Virus record (IMG/VR): IMGVR_UViG_3300047476_000704
Span: 1-64,000 of that record
DNA length: 64,000 nucleotides
DNA from: a virus
Reading direction: 5' to 3' (one strand)
Shown here piece after piece: positions 57,900 through 64,000 of this stretch (positions are counted from its first letter, which is position 1; each line of letters begins with the position of its first letter). A program made the position numbers and the translations under genes. A model generated the notes under the pieces. The model saw nothing but the letters and a program-made list of their open reading frames with translations, was not told the origin of the DNA and did no database searches.

Positions 57900-59681
57900 T
57901 TATCCTTCACACGAAACACATTCAGGGTCCATTGCTCTTGCGGCAATATCTCCTCTCAATACACTTTCAGTTCTCATATAGTATAGAGTTTTTACACCCT
58001 CTTTCCATGCTTCCATAGTAACCTGATTTATCCACTTTGGTTCTGCGGTTGCAGGGAATGCTAAATTAAGAGAAACTGCTTGGTCTATATATTGTTGTCT
58101 AACACCAGCTTGCTTTACTAAATCTAATTGGTTGATTTCTTTGAATGTTTTGAATACATCTTTAACCGAATTACATTTATGCATATGGTCTTCCGCAGTT
58201 ACTTCGTTACATTGAACTAACTTACCTTCAAAGAAACACCACTCATCTAAAAAATCCAAATCTTGTACTGAACCACCATCTGCAAGAATCTTATCCCATA
58301 CTTCTTTGGTGTTCTTACTCATCTTCTTTAACACTTTTTCTAACTCTGGGTTCTTACGAATGAATGTTCCTTTTGCAGTTTGTTCGGTAAACACATTAGC
58401 TGCCCAAGGTTCAATACCACTACTTACATTACCACTTAATTTAGAGTTTGATACCGTAGGTGCTACTGCTCGTAAGTGAGTATTACGGAAACCCGTATCT
58501 CTACACCATAATGGTTCACCATATTCTGAAGCCATGTCTCTACTTGCTCTTTCAGATTCAATCTTCATTTGAGAGAAAATCTTACGAGTTTCAAATTGTG
58601 CAGGTAATCCTTCAAATGGAATACCTTTTTGTTGCAAGTATGTATGCCATCCTAATACACCTAACCCTAATGCTCTTCCTTTTACTGCTGAACGAACCGA
58701 GTTATCAAATCCAGTCATTCCTTTGGCTCTTTGGATAAACTCCTCTAATACACCATCTAAAAACATTGTAGCTGTATATACTAAATCGGTATCTTTCCAC
58801 TCATCATATTTAGCTAAATTCAAAGAAGATAAACAACATACAAATGAATGCGATTCATCGGTGTGTAATACAATCTCCGAACAAATATTGGTCATATATA
58901 CTTTTAAACCATTCTTTTTATATGCTTCTGGGTTTTGTTTGTTTACATTACCTTTGTACATAATATATGGTTCACCAGTTGCCTTTCTCTTTTGTAATAG
59001 TTTACCCCACTTTCTTCTTGCTTCTGGTTCTCCCTCTTGCAACTTTCTCATAAACTTATCACCTACTACTGCACATTGGTGCATATTAAGTGATTGACGA
59101 TTCACATCACCCTTTGGTTCTCTAATCTCCAACCAATCTTCAAAGTCTTTATGCTCAATATTCATATTCACCGAAGCGGCTCCTCTACGAACTGAACCTT
59201 GGTTTGTAGCAAGGATAGTTGAATCATAAATCTTACAAAATGGAACTACACCATCGGATGTACCATTACCAGTAATCTTTGAACCAGCAGGTCTAATCTG
59301 ATTGATACCAATACCAACCCCACCTCCGTGCTTTGCTAATAGCATCAACTCTAAATTCTTTGAGCCAATCTCATAGATACTATCCCCAACATCAATACCA
59401 AAACAAGAGATTGGTAAACCTCTATCAGTACCAGTGTTTGAAAGTACCGGTGTAGCTAAACATAACCACCCTTTCCAAATGTAATCAAAAAACTTTGTAG
59501 CCAATTGTGGTTTACCCAATCTTCGTGCTACCTTTGTGGCAACTCTCCAATAGGCATCCTTTGGTTTCTCACCGTCTTGCAAGTACCCTTTGGATATAGT
59601 TTTTACATATATCTCATTATTTCCCCAGCTTGGGAAATCTACATCTAGCTCCCAGCCTAATTCTTCTCCGTAATTTTTCAT
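57900..59681 (-). CDS. nrdA: Class I ribonucleotide reductase alpha subunit, no ATP cone
   Basis: PISCF, GGGVG, TNICSEI, LGLGVLG, VAPT, TLYYMR. Confidence 0.95.
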   Translation of the reverse strand: MKNYGEELGWELDVDFPSWGNNEIYVKTISKGYLQDGEKPKDAYWRVATKVARRLGKPQLATKFFDYIWKGWLCLATPVLSNTGTDRGLPISCFGIDVGDSIYEIGSKNLELMLLAKHGGGVGIGINQIRPAGSKITGNGTSDGVVPFCKIYDSTILATNQGSVRRGAASVNMNIEHKDFEDWLEIREPKGDVNRQSLNMHQCAVVGDKFMRKLQEGEPEARRKWGKLLQKRKATGEPYIMYKGNVNKQNPEAYKKNGLKVYMTNICSEIVLHTDESHSFVCCLSSLNLAKYDEWKDTDLVYTATMFLDGVLEEFIQRAKGMTGFDNSVRSAVKGRALGLGVLGWHTYLQQKGIPFEGLPAQFETRKIFSQMKIESERASRDMASEYGEPLWCRDTGFRNTHLRAVAPTVSNSKLSGNVSSGIEPWAANVFTEQTAKGTFIRKNPELEKVLKKMSKNTKEVWDKILADGGSVQDLDFLDEWCFFEGKLVQCNEVTAEDHMHKCNSVKDVFKTFKEINQLDLVKQAGVRQQYIDQAVSLNLAFPATAEPKWINQVTMEAWKEGVKTLYYMRTESVLRGDIAARAMDPECVSCEG

Positions 59682-59688
59682 AATTTAA

Positions 59689-60702
59689 TTAAAATATATC
59701 TCCCCAATCTTCCCCTTCACCTGCTTTTGAATAATCAGTTGGTCTCATTGCAAAGAAATCGGTATGCGTAACCCCACCCGTAAGATGATAAAACCAGTCT
59801 AATTCACTTGCCTTTGTATCATCATACTCAAAATATACATCACTACCGGGTATTGGATTGTATCCTAATTCAGCAATCTTTTCATTGATTCTTTTTGTAA
59901 TAAACTCTTTTAGGTCATCTTTTTTAAGATTTTCCAAATCGCCCATTTCAAACATTTTATCAATAAATTTGTGTTCTAAATCTCTAATCAATCCAGCTGC
60001 CTCAACTATACTAGCTTTTGCATCTTCTCTTAATTCTGGATACTCTTCACACATATGATTGAATAATTGACAACCCATTTTAGAATGTAATGATTCATCT
60101 CTCACACTCCACTTCATTTGCTGCCCAACACCCTTTAATAAGTTTCTCATTTGGAAACTATAAAGAACTGCGAACGATGAATAAAGTGCAACACCTTCTG
60201 CAAATGCTGAAAAAATTGCTAAACTTCTTGCTACTTCCTTTCTCGCCAATGGATTTGTTCGTAAATCCTCCGGTGTCCAATCGGCAGTAGTTTCAGTTAG
60301 CATTTCAAATCTAGCCTTTGTAGCGGGTTCATGTAAGAATGCTTCAAAATCTTCTAACCCCAATGTTTCATTTAAGTACGAATATGCAGTAGCATGAATT
60401 GTTTCTTGTGAACCAAATAACATTGCCATTTGTCTGATTTCGTGTTTAGGAAACCATTTAGTAACCATACCTGTCCAATAGTCAGAAACTGCACATTCTG
60501 TTTGAGCAAAACCCAAAAGAATATTTCCAACTAAATGCTTTTCAGCAGGTGTAAGATTTTCGTTCCAATCTTTAACATCACCTTGCATCGGTATTTCCGT
60601 ATGTAACCAAAACGCTTGAGCTTGTAGTAACCAACCCTCTGTATAATAAACCGGATATTCAAATGGTTTATATGCCACTCTTTCTGTAAATAATTTGCTC
60701 AT
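59689..60702 (-). CDS. nrdB: Class I ribonucleotide reductase beta subunit
   Basis: QETIHATAYSY, EGVALYSSF, RDESLH, DFF. Confidence 0.95.
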   Translation of the reverse strand: MSKLFTERVAYKPFEYPVYYTEGWLLQAQAFWLHTEIPMQGDVKDWNENLTPAEKHLVGNILLGFAQTECAVSDYWTGMVTKWFPKHEIRQMAMLFGSQETIHATAYSYLNETLGLEDFEAFLHEPATKARFEMLTETTADWTPEDLRTNPLARKEVARSLAIFSAFAEGVALYSSFAVLYSFQMRNLLKGVGQQMKWSVRDESLHSKMGCQLFNHMCEEYPELREDAKASIVEAAGLIRDLEHKFIDKMFEMGDLENLKKDDLKEFITKRINEKIAELGYNPIPGSDVYFEYDDTKASELDWFYHLTGGVTHTDFFAMRPTDYSKAGEGEDWGDIF

Positions 60703-60813
60703 AGTTTTTATCTATTTTTAATTTTAGGTATAGATAAGTATCGTATATATTTCCTTTTCAACTCAACTTTTCATAGGATTTTTCTATGTAAGTTTGGTAG
60801 TATTTTAAGGATG

Positions 60814-62181
60814 TTAGCCCATATCATTTGGCATGGTTTCCAAGTACTTTTTGTGTAATAATTTCTTTTCTATCTGAACTCCATTATTACTTTCTTTGGA
60901 TGCCATAATACCATTTGATGATTGTGCATCATATATTTCTATTTCACCTTTCATTGTGTCCATTTTTGTTGGGAATGTTAAACCATCCGGTCCAAATCGG
61001 TTTTTCATCACGTGTACTCTCGCAGTATTTGCCAACTTATCTTTATCTTTACGAGATACACTCATAATAAAATCAGCTGTCATTACTTTAGCGTAACTAT
61101 CCGCAATTGAATCCGCATGAATTACTTCATCTTCCAACGCACCTCTATTGGTTTGTGATGCTGTCCAAATTGGAACACCAACTTCACCACCCATACCACG
61201 TAGTTCCTCATACACGCCACCTAACTCTGCATATAAACCATCTCGTTTATTTACAGGTTTAAGTAAGTCTGCATAATCTACTATAATAATATGTGGAATA
61301 AATCCAGTTGCTCTCAATTTATCAATGTGAGCTTTCATAGTTTTAACACTAGCACCTCTATTTGGATAATTTTTAATCATCAAACGAGATGAATAGTTTT
61401 TCAACTTTCTTTGGATTTCATCTTTGTTGTTTTTCAAATCTGCTAATGGGATACCTGTAAAGATTGTATCATACCTGCAACCTACATAGTTCTCACTCAA
61501 TTCCAAACTATAATGCAATACATTGAAACCTTTTGCTACTGCATCTGCTCCTAGCTTACACAATAACCAAGTCTTACCAATACCAGATGGTGCTACTACA
61601 ACACCTAATTCACCAGGTCCTAAACCACCATCCATCAAATCGTTGATTGGTGCCCAACCAGTTGGTACGGAATTTCTCTTTACATCTTCTAAACGATATA
61701 GAATATCTAAAAAGTAATCATGTCCTAAATTGTTTTCTAATCCAGCTCTTAAAGCATCCTGAATAATTGTTCCTACCTCATCATACTTACCACTTTGTAA
61801 TAAGTCTACGGATTGGAAAATTGCAGATTTAAGTTTCTGTCTTTTACAAAATTGTAGATATTCTTTCTTAACAAAATCAGCATCAGGTGAACCAAATAAA
61901 TCGTAGATTTGTTGTAATCTATCTACAATCATTTTCTTCTGCGCATCTGTTTCTATTGCACTCAATTTAACTTTGAATACATCTAATGTAGGTGCAGCAT
62001 TGCTTGTTTGATTATAGGATACAATTTCACCAACTATCCATCTATCTGCTTCTAACTCAAAAAAATCTTTTTTGGTTATATCTGAAACTTGATTTAAAAA
62101 AGGTTGGGATTCCAATAATGATGCAACTACTTTGGCTTGGTACGATTGTCCGAACTTTTGTAGATTGTCTATTGCTTCCAT
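60814..62181 (-). CDS. DnaB/gp41-like replicative helicase
   Basis: APSGIGKT, YSLEL, IIVDYADLL, SQTNR, KNRFG. Confidence 0.93.
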   Translation of the reverse strand: MEAIDNLQKFGQSYQAKVVASLLESQPFLNQVSDITKKDFFELEADRWIVGEIVSYNQTSNAAPTLDVFKVKLSAIETDAQKKMIVDRLQQIYDLFGSPDADFVKKEYLQFCKRQKLKSAIFQSVDLLQSGKYDEVGTIIQDALRAGLENNLGHDYFLDILYRLEDVKRNSVPTGWAPINDLMDGGLGPGELGVVVAPSGIGKTWLLCKLGADAVAKGFNVLHYSLELSENYVGCRYDTIFTGIPLADLKNNKDEIQRKLKNYSSRLMIKNYPNRGASVKTMKAHIDKLRATGFIPHIIIVDYADLLKPVNKRDGLYAELGGVYEELRGMGGEVGVPIWTASQTNRGALEDEVIHADSIADSYAKVMTADFIMSVSRKDKDKLANTARVHVMKNRFGPDGLTFPTKMDTMKGEIEIYDAQSSNGIMASKESNNGVQIEKKLLHKKYLETMPNDMG

Positions 62182-62393
62182 TATTTTTTATCCTTCTTCT
62201 TTCTTGCTAATCTTTTTTCTTCAATTGATAAATTTTTATCTACCTCAACTTTTGGTTTGTCTTCTTTCTTTGGACGTAGGGCTTTCCACTCTGATTTGGG
62301 AACGAACACCCATCCATAATTTGCTACCTTTTGGTCAGCTTCTAATTCTGTTACTCGGCGGATTTCTCCTTCTTTACTTTTAATGCACTTCAT
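62181..62393 (-). CDS. Small basic hypothetical protein
   Basis: 70-aa Lys-rich ORF inside the operon. Confidence 0.6.
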   Translation of the reverse strand: MKCIKSKEGEIRRVTELEADQKVANYGWVFVPKSEWKALRPKKEDKPKVEVDKNLSIEEKRLARKKKDKK

Positions 62394-62417
62394 AGATTTT
62401 GTCTCCGTGTTTAATTG

Positions 62418-63473
62418 TTATTTACTATATTTGTTTATTGTTCCGAAAGTTTTAACCACCCAGCTATTTACATCACCAAGTGCATCAATTACTTTCATAC
62501 TCATTGCCTTTTTAATAAAAGATAGTTTATCCAATTTGGATACATTCTCTTGATATTTGGCGTTAATCTTCATTCTTGTATTGGATGATATTTCAGGGTT
62601 CTCTAATTGCATCAATCTGAAATTTCTTTCTACAATTGGTTTTCCATCTAAAATATCTTTGTAAATTTTAGGTCCTTTTCCAGCACCCCGTTCTTCACAT
62701 AGTTCAAACAATTTATCAAACTCTACCCTTTCCGATTCCACCACTTCCGGAAATCTTTTAATAATTGTTTTGAGACCACACCCACTAATACCATCAATAT
62801 TATCAGAGGTATCACCATCAAGACAGCGATATACCATAAAATTGTTGGGATGGATACCAAACTCTTCAACAACCTTTTGCTCCGTATATAATTTCTTTTT
62901 GCTTGGAGAGTAAACTTGAACATTTGATTTAACTAATTGTAAAAAATCTTTATCTGATGACATTACTATTGCACCAGCATCTTCCGTAACCAATTGCGAT
63001 GCAATATAACCAATTACATCATCTGCTTCTATATTATCATATAACATAATATCCACAGGAAGATATTCAAGCAATTCTATTAAACCAATCATTTGGCGTT
63101 TCATAGAAACACTCTCATCTTCCTTGGACATCATATCTTCATATTGACGATTTACTCTAAAACGGCTTTTACCTCTATCAGCTTTGTATCCACTAAATAT
63201 CTTTTTACGGCTGTCCGAACCACCTTTACCATCAAATACAATAATACAACGAGTTGCTTTGTATTCTCTGATTGCGTAACCTATACTTTTTAAGAATCCA
63301 GTGATACCACCAATGTGGTCACCATTATCATCCATTGTGGGGTTTACCGTCCATGCTCTGATAAAAGTATTTAATCCATCTACTAATAGAACTTTTGAGT
63401 TTAGTGATTGCTCTACAACTTGTGTATGCTCATCATTTACCTCATCTAATAACCTTTTATATAACTCGTTCAT
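62418..63473 (-). CDS. 5'-3' exonuclease/RNase H (FEN-like)
   Basis: LVDGLN, VFDG, EADDVI, SSDKDFLQL, LDGDTSDNIDG. Confidence 0.93.
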   Translation of the reverse strand: MNELYKRLLDEVNDEHTQVVEQSLNSKVLLVDGLNTFIRAWTVNPTMDDNGDHIGGITGFLKSIGYAIREYKATRCIIVFDGKGGSDSRKKIFSGYKADRGKSRFRVNRQYEDMMSKEDESVSMKRQMIGLIELLEYLPVDIMLYDNIEADDVIGYIASQLVTEDAGAIVMSSDKDFLQLVKSNVQVYSPSKKKLYTEQKVVEEFGIHPNNFMVYRCLDGDTSDNIDGISGCGLKTIIKRFPEVVESERVEFDKLFELCEERGAGKGPKIYKDILDGKPIVERNFRLMQLENPEISSNTRMKINAKYQENVSKLDKLSFIKKAMSMKVIDALGDVNSWVVKTFGTINKYSK

Positions 63474-63481
63474 ATGTTTGT

Positions 63482-64000
63482 TTATTCATCACCTAATACA
63501 CTTGTATCTACTAATAGATTATCTGTATCCAATGAATCTTTTTTGTATTGTAGAATAGTGTATTCACAAATTCGTTTATAGATTTGTTCTTTTACCGATG
63601 GATTTGCTTCCAATATTTCCTGCAACTCTTTGGCTTGGAACTTAAATTCTTCACCAGTTTCAGTATCAACATATGTGTACCACGCTCCACCTTGTTTAAC
63701 AAAGTTATAATCCTTCATTGCTCCCAACCATGCGCCATAGTTATCAATACCCCTATCAAAGAAAATATCAAAATCTGCGGAACGCAATGGTGGTCCTAAT
63801 CTATTCTTAATTACATTGGCTCTTACTTTGATACCAACGATTCTCTCATTCCCCTTGTCATCCTTTGCTTTGATTTTACCAGTTGATGCTAATCTTAACC
63901 GAACCGAAGCATGGAAAGCAATTGCTTTACCACCCGATGTTGTCCAAGGGTCTGAAAATGCCATTGCGTTCATCTTTTGGCGTAATTGGTTTGTGAATAC
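63482..64000 (-). CDS. recA: RecA/UvsX recombinase, C-terminal part (gene runs off the window)
   Basis: TNQLRQ, WTTSGGKAIAFHASVRLRL, KNRLGPP, GGAWY. Confidence 0.93.
   Translation of the reverse strand, partial: VFTNQLRQKMNAMAFSDPWTTSGGKAIAFHASVRLRLASTGKIKAKDDKGNERIVGIKVRANVIKNRLGPPLRSADFDIFFDRGIDNYGAWLGAMKDYNFVKQGGAWYTYVDTETGEEFKFQAKELQEILEANPSVKEQIYKRICEYTILQYKKDSLDTDNLLVDTSVLGDE

Overview
The window is a 64-kb slice of a large, AT-rich lytic dsDNA phage genome with a T4-like replisome. Nearly every gene is on the minus strand. The host is very likely Bacteroidota (Flavobacteriia-like), judged from repeated TAnnTTTG-type promoters and Bacteroidota-style outer-membrane genes. It encodes thyA, four 2OG-Fe(II) oxygenases, GroEL and GroES (29 kb apart), probable head proteins, five clustered glycosyltransferases and RecB-like, GIY-YIG and HNH nucleases. 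A 12-kb cassette of secreted and outer-membrane proteins includes a TonB-dependent receptor, CsgG-like proteins and cohesin/dockerin-like proteins. Clamp loader, sliding clamp, family B polymerase, helicase, 5'-3' exonuclease, RecA, NrdAB, PhoH, thioredoxin and two Mom-like acetyltransferases are also present. An 8.4-kb stable-RNA region (41.25-49.67 kb) holds 27 tRNA genes covering all 20 amino acids, several remodelled tRNA-like RNAs, an ~830-nt GOLLD-like RNA and a tmRNA with a 26-codon tag. The most striking feature is absent from the ORF track: a 47-codon leader ORF (46307-46164) containing all 20 amino acids within its first 33 codons. It is followed by an antiterminator/terminator pair directly upstream of the tRNA array, suggesting a pan-amino-acid attenuator. 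All family assignments come from motif recognition by eye; no database searches were run.
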